DNA of 64,000 nucleotides from an uncultured Acidobacteriaceae bacterium. Lineage in GTDB: Bacteria; Acidobacteriota; Terriglobia; Terriglobales; Acidobacteriaceae. Of the stretch, positions 51,932 through 62,990 are shown piece by piece (position 1 is the stretch's first letter; each line of letters begins with the position of its first letter). The position numbers were made by a program, and so were the translations under genes. The notes below the pieces were generated by a model. That model searched no databases and was not told the DNA's origin. It saw nothing but the letters and a program-made list of their open reading frames with translations. Location: NCBI GenBank assembly GCA_963841365.1, contig CAWJDG010000032.1, forward strand, positions 25,339 to 89,338. The letters run 5' to 3'.

Positions 51932-52720
51932 CTACCCAATCGTGCTCACACTACCCTCGCCAATAGCCGGCAAAAGCGCCGCCGCCGACCGATCCAGCAG
52001 CAATGTCAGTATACCGTTCGCGGGCGAAATCAGTTGGCTCGGCAACCGCTCAGGGTCGCGCGGCCCCATGATTACCTCTTTTAGAATCTGCGCCTTATCC
52101 TCGCCGGCGATCAGAAGGAACACCTCCGCCCCACGGTTGATCACCGGCAGTGTCAGCGTAATCCTCCAGGCGTCCTTGGCCGACACGTGATTCGCCACCG
52201 CCAGCCGCCCCATCTCGTGCAAGGCCTCAGTGTGGGGAAAAAGAGACGCAGTGTGTCCATCTGGACCCATCCCCAGTTGCACCAGATCGAACCGCGGCGT
52301 CTCCGCCCCCTCCAGCCTGAACCCGTTCCGCAGCGCCGCCTCATACCGTGCCGCCGCCACATTGGGCTCCAGCTCCCCCTCCATGCGGTGAATCTGCTCC
52401 GGCTTCAGTGGCACATGATCCAGCAGCGCCTCACGCGTCATGCGGAAATTCGAATCGGGATCATCCGGCGGCACGCAGCGCTCATCCACCCACCACAAAT
52501 CCAGCCGCTCCCACGGCATCCGCATTCGCCACGGCTGCCCATGATCGCCGAGCAGCGCAAACGCAGCCTTCGGCGTCGATCCTCCACTGATCGCAATCCG
52601 TGCCCATCCCCGTGCCGCGACCGCCTGCTCAACCTTCTCCACAAAATACTCGGCCGCCCGCCGCGCCAGCGCCTCCGCATCCGGCTCTACGCGATACACA
52701 ATTTTCACGTTTTGAGGCAT
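51932..52720 (-). CDS. pgl: 6-phosphogluconolactonase
   Basis: SGGSTP, VDERCV, LGMGPDGHTASLFP. Confidence 0.95.
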   Translation of the reverse strand: MPQNVKIVYRVEPDAEALARRAAEYFVEKVEQAVAARGWARIAISGGSTPKAAFALLGDHGQPWRMRMPWERLDLWWVDERCVPPDDPDSNFRMTREALLDHVPLKPEQIHRMEGELEPNVAAARYEAALRNGFRLEGAETPRFDLVQLGMGPDGHTASLFPHTEALHEMGRLAVANHVSAKDAWRITLTLPVINRGAEVFLLIAGEDKAQILKEVIMGPRDPERLPSQLISPANGILTLLLDRSAAALLPAIGEGSVSTIG

Positions 52721-52801
52721 GGGGAATGTTCCTCTGTTCTTCAGGGTACGTGGCAGGAGATAACAATTGCGAGTGAAGTATGCGCGATCAGGCAATGATG
52801 G

Positions 52802-54292
52802 TCAACGTCCCAAATACACCCGGTACTGCGTCTCCAGCACGCCTGCCGCCCTCGCCAGTTGCAGCTTGGCCACGTTGTATTGGTACAGGCTCTCGACCAG
52901 AGTATTCTCGGCAGTAGCCAGCTCCGCCTGAGCCGTGACCAGTGGCAGATTATCGTCCACGCCGGCGCTCACTCGGTCGACCTCATCGCTCAGCGCGCGC
53001 TTCGCCAAATCCACATTGGACCGCGCCACTTCCACTAGCCTGGCATTCGCATTCACATCCAGCAGCGCCGCGCGCACCTGTTCGTCGATATGGTCGCGCA
53101 GGTCGTCGAGCTGCGCGTTCACAGAGTCCATCTGCGCCTTCGCCACGTCCGCATCCCCGCGCAACTTCGCCTCGCGAAAGATCGGAAAATTCAGCGTCCC
53201 CATGGCCACGAAATTCCCGTGCGTGCCCGCGCCGTTCACTGTACTGGTGCCGTAGTAACTCTGGAAACTCAGTGTCGGCAACCGCTCGCTGCGATACACC
53301 GCGTGGGCAGCCTTGTACTCCACCACCTGGTTTTGTAAATTCTGGTAATCCTGCCGGCTCGTGTAAGCCAGCGCCCGCACTTCTTCCGGCGTCTCCGTAG
53401 CCAGCTCGCTGTAGGGTGCCGCATCCGTCATCGTGATCTCCTGCCCAGGATCCACGCCAATCTCGCGCTTCAGCAGGATCAGGTCCTTCGCCTGCTGATT
53501 CTCGGCCGCAATCAGCGCTTGCTCCTGCGCCTGCAACTGCACCTTCGCGCGCAGCTCGTCCAGGTTCGCTGCTGTTCCCGCCTCATGCGCCGCGTGCTCG
53601 TGATCTTCGAGTACCTGCGCCTCAGCGACCTGCGCCTTCGCGTTGTCCACGTGGCTCGCGTCCGCAACTGCGCGCAAATATGCCGTCGCCACCTGCTGCA
53701 CTACCTCGCCGCGCGCGCTCATCTTCGCGAAATACGCTGACCGCTCCGCCGCCCCCGCCGCCTTCCACCCTTCGATAACCGGCCCCGAAAACAGAATCTC
53801 ACTGTAGCGGATCTGCCCCTGTGTCAAATCGTCGCGCGCAATCAACGACAAATTCGTCGGCACCTTGCCCCCGGGGAACAGCGACGTGAACTTTGAAACC
53901 ACGTTGGGACTGAACCCCAGCGCAGCCAAATCGTGCATGTAGTAGCCGGTGTCGCCCTCGAGCTCGATCGTCGGCAAAAACTCCTGCAGCGCCTCATTCT
54001 TTTCGCCGTGCAGAATCTTCTCGCCGCTTTCGGCCTCTCTTAGTCCAAGATTGTTCCTCAATCCGCGCTGGACCGCGTCATCGAGCGAGAGCCTCAGCGC
54101 CTCGTCAGTCACCGGCTGCGCGGTCACGCTGCCCCAGAATGGATTGGCTGCCGACGTCGGATTCGGCATCTGTGCGAACGCCCGCGCGCCCGGGAAAACT
54201 CCCAATGCTGCGCCGCATAACAAAACAAAAAAGGCAAATGGTCCCGGCTCGGCCCACCGGAATACAGAATGATTCACTCGACTCACTTTCAC
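52802..54292 (-). CDS. TolC-family outer-membrane protein
   Basis: LSLDDAVQRGLRNN and duplicated OEP repeats; start approximate. Confidence 0.85.
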   Translation of the reverse strand: MKVSRVNHSVFRWAEPGPFAFFVLLCGAALGVFPGARAFAQMPNPTSAANPFWGSVTAQPVTDEALRLSLDDAVQRGLRNNLGLREAESGEKILHGEKNEALQEFLPTIELEGDTGYYMHDLAALGFSPNVVSKFTSLFPGGKVPTNLSLIARDDLTQGQIRYSEILFSGPVIEGWKAAGAAERSAYFAKMSARGEVVQQVATAYLRAVADASHVDNAKAQVAEAQVLEDHEHAAHEAGTAANLDELRAKVQLQAQEQALIAAENQQAKDLILLKREIGVDPGQEITMTDAAPYSELATETPEEVRALAYTSRQDYQNLQNQVVEYKAAHAVYRSERLPTLSFQSYYGTSTVNGAGTHGNFVAMGTLNFPIFREAKLRGDADVAKAQMDSVNAQLDDLRDHIDEQVRAALLDVNANARLVEVARSNVDLAKRALSDEVDRVSAGVDDNLPLVTAQAELATAENTLVESLYQYNVAKLQLARAAGVLETQYRVYLGR

Positions 54293-54369
54293 TATTCTCT
54301 CAGATGCTCGCCGCAGCCTTGAGATTCACCCGTCATCAAAATCCACAGTAAAACCGCCGTAAAATCTCG

Positions 54370-54424
54370 CCAAACCCTGGTGCCTCATTCATGGCGCAGT
54401 TTTATCGCGCCGTGAGTGGGAGAG
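54370..54424 (+). repeat. REP-like palindrome family A, copy 3
   Basis: GGTGCCTCATTCATGGCGCAGTTTTATCGCGCCGTGAGTGGGAGA. Confidence 0.85.
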
Positions 54425-54513
54425 CACGATCCCAAACCAACCTGCTAAATTCATGCTCTTCGATTCACCAGACACTGCTAGCCCCTGCACCCTGGCCCAT
54501 TCGCCGCCCCGCC

Positions 54514-56544
54514 CTACTCCACCTTATGGATCCACATCGCGTTCCCACCGCCTGAAACCATGTGTACGTCCAGCACCGTATTCCGGTCCACCGTCTGCTG
54601 CGTCAGCACCGTATGCGTGGCCTGCTCGGCCGCGTCCGGCGCGTCCTCATACATCTCAGCAACGTACTTCCCGTCGCCCAGAAAATTCAGCGGCACCTTC
54701 ACATCGCGCGCATCCCAGTTTGTCAGCGAGCCCACATACCAGTCGCTTCCGCTGCGCCGCGCCAGCGTGACCCACTGCATCGGCTCGCCGCCAATCGCGC
54801 GCACTTCATCCCACGTGCACGGAACCCGCTTGATGAAATCGAACTCCTTCTGCCCCGCGTAGCGCTCCGGATAATCCGACACCATCTCCAGCTCGCTCTC
54901 GAACACCACAAACAGCGCAAGTTCGTGCGCCCGCGTGCCCAGCCCCATGGGCATAAAGGACTGCGCAACAAAGTTCTTCAGGTTGCTGTTCCCAAATGCG
55001 CCCGGCGTGTAGTCCATTGGCCCCGCCAGCATGCGCGTGAACGGCAGCGTCGCATTGTGCGCCGGCGTCGTCCGCGCGCTCCACCTTCAAATACTCCTTG
55101 CCCATCACGCCTTCGCGCGTCATCAGGTTCGGATAGGTGCGCCGCAATCCGTCCGGCGGGAACGCCCCGTGGTAGTCGATCATCAGGTGACACTCCGCCG
55201 CCTTCGCCACCACGCGTCGATACCACTCCACCATCCATTGGTCATTGCGGTTCATAAAGTCGATCTTCACGCCCGCTATGCCCCACTTCTCAAACAGCGG
55301 AAACGCCTCGTCCATATATTTATCAATCGACGTCCAGTGCGCCCACAGCCAGATCTTCACATTCTTTTCTTTCGCGTAGCGAAGCAGCTCCGGCATGTCG
55401 ATGTTCGGCGACGTGTGCAGTGATATTCGGCTTGCCGCGGTGCAGCGTTCGACGCAGTCGGATCCCTGGCGCTCCCACCCCGCATCGATCAACATGTACG
55501 GGAACCCCGACGCCGACGCAAAGTCGATGTAGTGCTCCATCGTCGCGGTGTTCATGCCCGATTTTGACGTCATGCTCGGCGCGGCTTGCCCGCTCCACCA
55601 GTCCCACGCTGACTTGCCCGCCTTAATCCACGAAGTATCCGCAATCTTCGACGGCGGATTCAGATTCAGCACAATGTTCGATTCGATCAGCTTCGCCGCG
55701 CTCATCGGCGATCATCAGCACGCGCCACGGGCTCGTCAAACGGCGTCGTGGTCTCCACGGCGTAGCTGGCGTCGATATTCCCCGCGCGATCTTCATGCGG
55801 CGACAAATCCGCATGCACCGTGCGGCTCAGGAACGTTTCCTCCTTGCGCAGGTACATTCCTGAATAATTCTCGATGTCCGCCTCGGTAATCGCCACCCAC
55901 CCGATCCCCGGCACATTGGCCAGATAGGGCAGCGCAATCAACCAATCCTTGTGCAGCCCGCTCACGTTCCGCAATTGGTACTCGTCCTCCCACGACGACT
56001 GATATCCGTCCACGATCAGCGGATACGTTGACCCGTCTTTCGCATACATAAATTCGGTCAATTCATGCGCAATGCGCACCTGCCTCACCGCCGCTTGCTC
56101 CGGAACTACATAGCGAAACGCTACGCCATCGTCGAAGGCCCGCACCTCAATCGTCAGCTTGCGCCCGCTTGCGTCCTCAAAGTCCACGCGCACGCCGTTG
56201 TAGTGGTTGCGCACCGTGCGCGTCTTGCCCACCGGAATCGTGTAATTCTCGTCGGCGCTCTCTGGCTGCTCGCCCGTCTTGCGCATTCCCGGTCCCAGTT
56301 CCGGTTGCCCAACAAGTCCCAGCCCTAGCCGCGCCCGCTCCATCAGCTGTTTTCCATGGAACTCCACCGCGTAGCCCAAATCGCTGTTCGCGCCGTCCGC
56401 CGCAAACAGTTCGAGCTTGATCTGCCCGTTGGGCGAACTCACCGTGGCAGCGGTTGCCCCTTCGGCCTCCGGAGTCTGTGCGGTCAAACATCCCGCGGCT
56501 AAAAGCGCAATCAGGCAAAGCGCAGCCCGGCGAAGAGTGGTCAT
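54514..56544 (-). CDS. GH97 glycoside hydrolase, split by frameshifts (~55730, ~55705, ~55085)
   Basis: Signal peptide, RAFDDGVAFRY, GKSAWDWW, GVKIDF, DYHG, TREGV, LAGPMDYTPG. Confidence 0.85.
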
Positions 56545-56630
56545 GCTTCCTCCCTGCAGTCCGGATCGCACACGTCGACCTAACGCGCCTTTCCGGCCAC
56601 GCGCCAGTATATATTGATGGTCTTTCGCGC

Positions 56631-57644
56631 CTATCCGGCCTGTGCGGCCGCAACCGCAAGCCCGTCCTCGCGCCTCCGCTGATCGTGATAGAGCACTGCC
56701 AGCGCCGCGCTGAGAGCCGAGTAGCACAGCATGACGTAGAACACTACGACGACCAGATAACCCAGCACACCCAGGCCCACAAGAACGAAGAATGTGGCAG
56801 ATCCCACTGCCACATGAGCCATCATGGCCACCAGCACGCCCAACGCCGCAAACACCGCAAGAACGAGCAGGCACACCAACTGCATCGCGTACACGGCTGC
56901 GTAGACTACCAGGATCACCAGGAAGATTCGCCCCTTTGCGCCGCGAGTGAGTTGTGCGCTGCGCCGGAATGCCGCCCACGCCGTCAGACCTTCCTCCAGG
57001 CTCGCCGGGTAAGCCACCGCGAAGCGCAGCATAATGAGGATCGAGTAGACGAGAACGCATAGATAAAACAGCACCAGCAGCGGAATCAGGAAGAACGGAA
57101 AGCTGGAACCCGGGGCCATCCCCGCAGCATGGTGCCTCAACACAATCGAACCGCCAACCACTGCCGCGATCACTGCAATCGGCACAAACATGTAAAGGAA
57201 ATAGAGAATCATCAGCCACAGATAGCGGCCATACCGGTTCCAGGCCGCGCTGTAGGCCTCATGGAAGGTGACCCTGACGCCGCGATCAGCTTGCGCGGCG
57301 GCAAAGATGGCCGCAGGCACATAAAGCGCGTAAACCAGGAGCAGAAGCGGCTCGCCAATGAGACAGATGGCGATAAACCACGCGGGCGGACCGGCTACCG
57401 CGCCTATGCCCGAGGATTTCCCGGCCAATTGCGGCCCGATGATTTTCACCATGAAGCTCATCATCGCCACAAAGAGCAGCAAGATCGCCGCTGCGGGCAC
57501 CCCCGCTACGCCGAAGAAAAGCCGCCAGTGAGCCCGCATTAATTGGTAGGTCCGGTCCAGAATCTGTCCGAAAGTCAGCGGAACCACCGGTACTTGTTCG
57601 GAAGAAGCGGCAGCAAAAGGCGAAGGAGCGCCCTGGTCGTTCAT
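56631..57644 (-). CDS. Multi-pass membrane protein (GDPD membrane-domain-like)
   Basis: PLTFGQILDRT, RRSAQLTRG, LYHDQRRREDG. Confidence 0.75.
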   Translation of the reverse strand: MNDQGAPSPFAAASSEQVPVVPLTFGQILDRTYQLMRAHWRLFFGVAGVPAAAILLLFVAMMSFMVKIIGPQLAGKSSGIGAVAGPPAWFIAICLIGEPLLLLVYALYVPAAIFAAAQADRGVRVTFHEAYSAAWNRYGRYLWLMILYFLYMFVPIAVIAAVVGGSIVLRHHAAGMAPGSSFPFFLIPLLVLFYLCVLVYSILIMLRFAVAYPASLEEGLTAWAAFRRSAQLTRGAKGRIFLVILVVYAAVYAMQLVCLLVLAVFAALGVLVAMMAHVAVGSATFFVLVGLGVLGYLVVVVFYVMLCYSALSAALAVLYHDQRRREDGLAVAAAQAG

Positions 57645-57768
57645 AGCATCCCCCTGTTCGCTGTGTTTGAGACTCGCAGGGATACTAGCACAGCCCAGAA
57701 CGCGCCGTAGCGCGGGCCGAATTTTTAATTATGGCTGCACCAGCCGCAATCTGCCCTCTTGTTTCTGC

Positions 57769-59031
57769 TCACGCAAAGTGCAGCGCCGCCTCAGCCCACG
57801 CCAGCGCCTCTTCGTACCAGCGCAGCAAATCGTACGCATTCAGCATGAGCCTCTCTGCAATCAGGTCGCACACGGCCCAGTCGCCACGCTCGTGTCCCTC
57901 CAGCCAGCACAACAAGGCGCGCTCAGGCGCTTTCTCGCCTTCAAGGGCCCGCCGAATCTCTTCGCGCAGCGGCAGTGACGGCGTCAACTCCTTCATCGGC
58001 ATTCGCAGCATCGCCGGCAGCAGGCTGAGCAGCCCCAGCAGGTATTGCTCCGTCCCATCCAGCCCGCAAAGCCCCGCCCCTAGCTCGCAAAATCGCCCGC
58101 GCACAAACGCCATGCGCAGCAGTTCCATCGGATGACCCGCGTTCAGCTCGCTGGTAATGGCCAGTGTCGCCATGCGCCGGAACGCTTCCTCGCCCACTGC
58201 GATCAGCGCCGCCTGCACGCTGCGCACCTCCTGCCGCATGGCGCAAACCGGCGAGTTCATCAGCCGCAGCAAACGGTAGGTGAGTGAAGTGTCGCGCTTC
58301 ACCAGGCGCGTCAGCCTGTTCAGGTCAATTGAGTCGGCCTGCAGCAGCCGCAGAATCTCCACGTGCGACAGGCGATTCGCCGGCACTTTGCGATTCTCCA
58401 TCAAAACCGGCCGGCAAAAATAGTACCCCTGAATCAGCGTGAATCCTTCCTCGCGCGCCTCGGCAAACTCCTCCTGCGTCTCCACCTTCTCTGCAATCAG
58501 CGCCACCGTCACGCCGCTTAGCCGGTCCAGCAATTCTCGCCGCTCCTCGCGATTCATCGCCGCGAAATCTACCTTGATGTAGTCGGCCAACTCCACCAGC
58601 GGTTTCATGCCGGCCTTCCATGTGAAATCGTCCAGTGCCAGCCGAAAACCCGCCGCCTTCAGCCGCCGGCATGCGCCCATCACGGCCGCTGTGGGCTCGA
58701 CGTCTTCCAGTATCTCCAGCACCGTCATGCCGGAGGGCAGCACGTGCACCAGGTTCCCCGTCAGCGCCTCTTCGGTGCAGTTCACGAATGCCGGCAGGCC
58801 GTACGTCAGCCTTCCCAGCCCGAAAAGCACTGTGTTGTCCAGCATCACCCGAGTGGCAAAGTCGCCATCGCCGCGAAACGCCTCCTCGGGACCGTCGCGA
58901 AACAGCAACTCGTACCCGTGGACCTTGCCGCGCAAATCCAGAATCGGCTGCCGCGCCACATAACGGATTCCATCCTCCGCCGCAGCCCCGCCGCGAAGGC
59001 AGCATTCGGGTGACGCAGTTTGAGTCGCCAT
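57769..59031 (-). CDS. EAL plus HDOD domain protein (YuxH/PdeH-like)
   Basis: ARQPI, YELLFR, ALDDF, AEKVET, QGYYF, LLRLMNS. Confidence 0.9.
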   Translation of the reverse strand: MATQTASPECCLRGGAAAEDGIRYVARQPILDLRGKVHGYELLFRDGPEEAFRGDGDFATRVMLDNTVLFGLGRLTYGLPAFVNCTEEALTGNLVHVLPSGMTVLEILEDVEPTAAVMGACRRLKAAGFRLALDDFTWKAGMKPLVELADYIKVDFAAMNREERRELLDRLSGVTVALIAEKVETQEEFAEAREEGFTLIQGYYFCRPVLMENRKVPANRLSHVEILRLLQADSIDLNRLTRLVKRDTSLTYRLLRLMNSPVCAMRQEVRSVQAALIAVGEEAFRRMATLAITSELNAGHPMELLRMAFVRGRFCELGAGLCGLDGTEQYLLGLLSLLPAMLRMPMKELTPSLPLREEIRRALEGEKAPERALLCWLEGHERGDWAVCDLIAERLMLNAYDLLRWYEEALAWAEAALHFA

Positions 59032-59216
59032 GCACGCCGCTCCACATCGTCTATCGGCGCAGCGCCTATGGAACTTGAAAAGAAAAGCGCCGGAATCTCC
59101 GGCGCTCATCAAGCCTTTTCAGAAAAAGTTTTTTGAACGAGTGACGTACCCTCGCTGGCGTTCGCATGAGCTACCAGCAGAGAACTGTTTGCTGTTTACT
59201 GTCCGCTGTCAGCCTT

Positions 59217-59966
59217 TTACCCCCCCATGAACATCCCGCCGTTCACGTCCAGCACGTGCCCGGTAATATACGACGCCGCATCCGACGCCAGGAACTTCAC
59301 CGCTTGCGCCACATCCTTGGCCGTCCCTCGCCGCCCGAGCGGAACCGTCGCCAGCATGGCCTTCGTCACTTCCTCGCTCAATACCGCAGTCATCGGCGTC
59401 TCAATATATCCCGGCGCCACCGCGTTCACGGTAATGTTCCGCGACCCGACTTCGCGCGCCAGTGAACGGGTCAACCCGATCAGCCCTGCCTTCGACGCGG
59501 CATAGTTTGCCTGTCCTGCCTGCCCCGCACGTCCTACCACGCTGGCAATGTTCACAATCCGTCCCCAGCGGTTTTTCAGCATCGGGCTCAGCAGCGCCTG
59601 CGTCAGCAAAAATGCTCCAGTCAAATTGATGCTCAGCACCAGGTCCCAGTCCGCGCGCTTCATGCGCAGCATCAAATTGTCGCGCGTGATCCCGGCGTTG
59701 TTCACGAGGATTTCCACCTTGCCGAACTTCTGAAGGATCGCCTTGGCCCCCGCCTCGATCGACTCCTCGCTCGACACATTCACCGTGAACGCTGTCGCAT
59801 CGATCCCCTGGGCCTTCAGCTCCGCCACCGTCTCCGCCAGCTTGGCCTCGTTCACATCCGCCAGCGCCAGCGTCGCTCCGGCCGCGGCCAGTTCTTCCGC
59901 AATCGCGCGACCAATCCCCTGCGCTCCGCCCGTCACCAGCGCAATCCGTCCCTGCAAATCTCCCAT
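59217..59966 (-). CDS. fabG: 3-oxoacyl-ACP reductase
   Basis: NNAGITRD, GQANYAASKAG, VNGGM. Confidence 0.93.
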   Translation of the reverse strand: MGDLQGRIALVTGGAQGIGRAIAEELAAAGATLALADVNEAKLAETVAELKAQGIDATAFTVNVSSEESIEAGAKAILQKFGKVEILVNNAGITRDNLMLRMKRADWDLVLSINLTGAFLLTQALLSPMLKNRWGRIVNIASVVGRAGQAGQANYAASKAGLIGLTRSLAREVGSRNITVNAVAPGYIETPMTAVLSEEVTKAMLATVPLGRRGTAKDVAQAVKFLASDAASYITGHVLDVNGGMFMGG

Positions 59967-60251
59967 CTGTTTCCTTGACCCCTCTACGCACCCATCAATT
60001 AGGGCGCGTCTTTCCATCGCCCATTATAGATGGGCCAGTTCCGTCGCATCATGCGCGATCAGGACGCATTGCGTACTGCCAATCGGCCCTCGTCCGCCAC
60101 CTCGCTTGATCGAAGTGAGCAAAATATTTCTCGCAAGTCACGGGCTGAAACTCGTTCCCTATTAAGGGAATAGATTTCCGCGCCGCGATGACCTTTCATC
60201 TCGCTTTCGCGTCTACTCCAGCAGTCTCCTCCATCACGAAAGGGGTGTTTT

Positions 60252-61840
60252 GTGCGTACCAGCAAGTTTTTTCTTGCCGTTGTCTTTGTCTCATCTCTCG
60301 CCGCGCAGCAGTCTCCCAACCCTCCGCTCCATCCAGCGCGCCCGCCTCCGCCCTCACCATTTACAACGAGGACTTCGCCGTCGCGCGCACCACCATCGAT
60401 CTCGACCTTCATCGCGGCCTCAACCAAGTCGCCACCAACCAGGTCACCACCCAGCTCGAGCCCGACTCCGTCGTTCTCCGCGATCTCAACAACGCCGGCC
60501 CAGCCGCCAAGCCGTCCTTCCGCATCGTCGAGCAGAACTACGATGCCGCTGTCGTCACCCAGGACTGGCTCCTCAAGAAATACGAGGGCAAGACCATTCA
60601 TTTTGCGCTGGGCAACTCCATTGGCCCCGACGGCCACGTCGTCTCAGGCAACATCATCGAGGGTAAAATCATTCGCGCGCCGCAGCCCCCGTCGCCCTAC
60701 GGCAATCAATATGGCATCTACCAGCCGAATCAGCAGCCCCTCATTGAAGTCAACGGCGAAATGCAATTCAATCTGCCGGGAACTCCGCTCTTTCCCGCCA
60801 CAACAGACGGCCTCCTGCTCAAACCCACACTCCGCTGGCAAATCGATTCTGAAAAAGCGCAAAAGCTCTCTGCCGAGCTCGCGTACATCACCAGCGGCCT
60901 CAACTGGCAGGCGACCTATAACGTCATCACCTCCGGCGCGAATCTCACGCCCGGCAAAACAGCCACCGCTGCCCAGGCAGCCGAAGAAAAGGCCGACCTT
61001 GTCGGCTGGGTCACCATCACCAACCAGACCGGCGCCGATTTCCCTGAAGCCCGCATCAAGCTCATGGCTGGCGACGTCGCCAAGATTCAGCCGCGCAATT
61101 ATGCCCGCGCCGCAATGGCCGGCCCGATAGCAATGGACGCCATATCTTTCGGAGCCAACGGCCAGGTCACGCAAAAGCCCTTCGACGATTACCACCTCTA
61201 CGATCTCAACCGCACCGTATCGCTTCAGGACGGCGAAACCAAGCAGGTTCAGTTCCTCGATGCGCCCGGCGTCACCCTCGCCCGCAGCTACGTTTACGAT
61301 GGCGCCGACACAAACCGTCAGCCCATCGCCAACTATGGTGGCAACTTCATCCAGCAGCAGAACTACGGCATCAGCCCCGGCAACACCAAAGTGCAAATCC
61401 AGCAGGAAATCAAAAACACTGAGGCCAATCACCTCGGCATTCCGCTTCCCGCCGGCCGCATCCGCCTCTATCGGCGCGATTCCGACGGCCAGATCGAGTT
61501 CGTCGGCGAAAGCACCATCAATCACACGCCGGCCGAAGACACCATCAAAGTCACCAGCGGCAGCGCCTTCGACGTAAAAGGCTCACGCCGCCAGACCGAC
61601 TACTACGTCGATAATGGCCGCCGCACTCTCCAGGAGTACTTCGAGATCAAGCTGACAAATCAAAAGGCCGACCCGATCACGGTCAACGTCCTCGAACATC
61701 TGTACCGCGGCGATAACTGGGAGATCATGCAGAAATCCACCGACTACACCAAGCTCGACAGCCACACCATCGAGTTTCCGGTGCAGGTGCCGTCCAAAGG
61801 CGAGGCCACAGTAACCTACTCCGTCCGCTACACCTGGTGA
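60252..61840 (+). CDS. Secreted DUF4139 protein, frameshift near 60325
   Basis: Signal peptide MRTSKFFLAVVFVSSLAA in one frame; LTIYNEDFAV, YHLY, PLPAG in another. Confidence 0.8.
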
Positions 61841-61861
61841 GGCCAGGTGTTCCATTTATCA

Positions 61862-61915
61862 CCAAAGCCTCGGTGCCCCATTCATGGCGCAGTTCCATCG
61901 CGCCATGAGTGGGAG
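61862..61915 (+). repeat. REP-like palindrome family A, copy 4
   Basis: Identical to copy 1 except for four loop bases. Confidence 0.88.
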
Positions 61916-62060
61916 AGCACAAAGGCCAACTCACCATGAACCGGGTGCCCCGCCTTCGCCACGTTTCTGTTTTTGTGGCTAAGGTGGGACCGTGCCGAGT
62001 GCCCGTACAAGCTCGGCTTGGGCGGGATCGCATCTGTTAGCTTTTAGCTGAAAGCTGCCC

Positions 62061-62867
62061 TCACGTCGGCGTCGCCGCCACCGTCACCGGGCGCGCCGCC
62101 AGCACAGGCCGCACCAGCTCCGCCGGCCAGATGTAGAGTGCCAGCCGTCGCGAATAGTGCAGCACCGGCTCCTGGTCCGGCAGCTCGATCCCCACCGCCG
62201 TCGCCAGGTCGTTCCGCTCAATTTCGGCTTCCGCCTCTTCCAGCGGCCACGGAACGTGGTGCAGATTCGCGCGGATCGGCTGTCCCACCCGATTGGTGCT
62301 GAACACACATGGCCGCTCCGTAATGAAATATTCAAGTGACCCCGGCCGTATCTCCGCCGTCTTCCGCGTCGGCCCCAGTCCCCGGTAGCGCGCATTAAAG
62401 ATCACATCCGGCCGCGAAAATCGCCTGCGACTGTAGAATGCAAACTCCCGTTCCGATCGCTGCTCCAGGTGCATCTCCGCAAGCCTATACGGCAAGTGAT
62501 AGAGGACATGCGCCGCCGCCACTGCCAAAATGTTGCTTGAATCAACTGAGAAGCAATAGAAGCCCGGCGTCCCCGTATAGCGGTCGCGGACATACGTGCG
62601 TAAATTCAGGTCAGGGAAGTGGCGCAACCCCGGAATCGCCGGCAATCCGCGGATCTTGATGCGGTCCAGCCAGAACGGAACCGCCCCCAGCCACGCCGAC
62701 CCCTCGCACGTGTCGGCCTCCAGCCACTCTGGCAACAGCGCCTCTATCCGCGCCGCCGGGATCGGCCAATGCGCAAAAAGCAGGTCGTTCCATCGCTGGG
62801 TCATCGCCCAGCGTCCCGCCGGCAATGGCCGCGGTTTGTGCGACGTCCGCACCAAGTACTCCCGCAT
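62061..62867 (-). CDS. YqjF / DUF2071 family protein
   Basis: MTQRWNDLLFAHW, LNLRTYV, FITER. Confidence 0.88.
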   Translation of the reverse strand: MREYLVRTSHKPRPLPAGRWAMTQRWNDLLFAHWPIPAARIEALLPEWLEADTCEGSAWLGAVPFWLDRIKIRGLPAIPGLRHFPDLNLRTYVRDRYTGTPGFYCFSVDSSNILAVAAAHVLYHLPYRLAEMHLEQRSEREFAFYSRRRFSRPDVIFNARYRGLGPTRKTAEIRPGSLEYFITERPCVFSTNRVGQPIRANLHHVPWPLEEAEAEIERNDLATAVGIELPDQEPVLHYSRRLALYIWPAELVRPVLAARPVTVAATPT

Positions 62868-62990
62868 CAATGCTCCCGCGCGTTCCTGGGCTCCCGCTCT
62901 CCGGCGTTTTCTCTCCCAATTCAGGGGGTAGCGTTCACCGCAACGCGCGGCGGCTCCCTTATGACGTATTCTGTCCGCGAGACCATCCTC

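Noticed and set aside
56545-57219. N-terminal extension of the 505-aa GH97 ORF
   Set aside because: Overlaps the upstream membrane-protein gene out of frame; the signal peptide begins at 56544.
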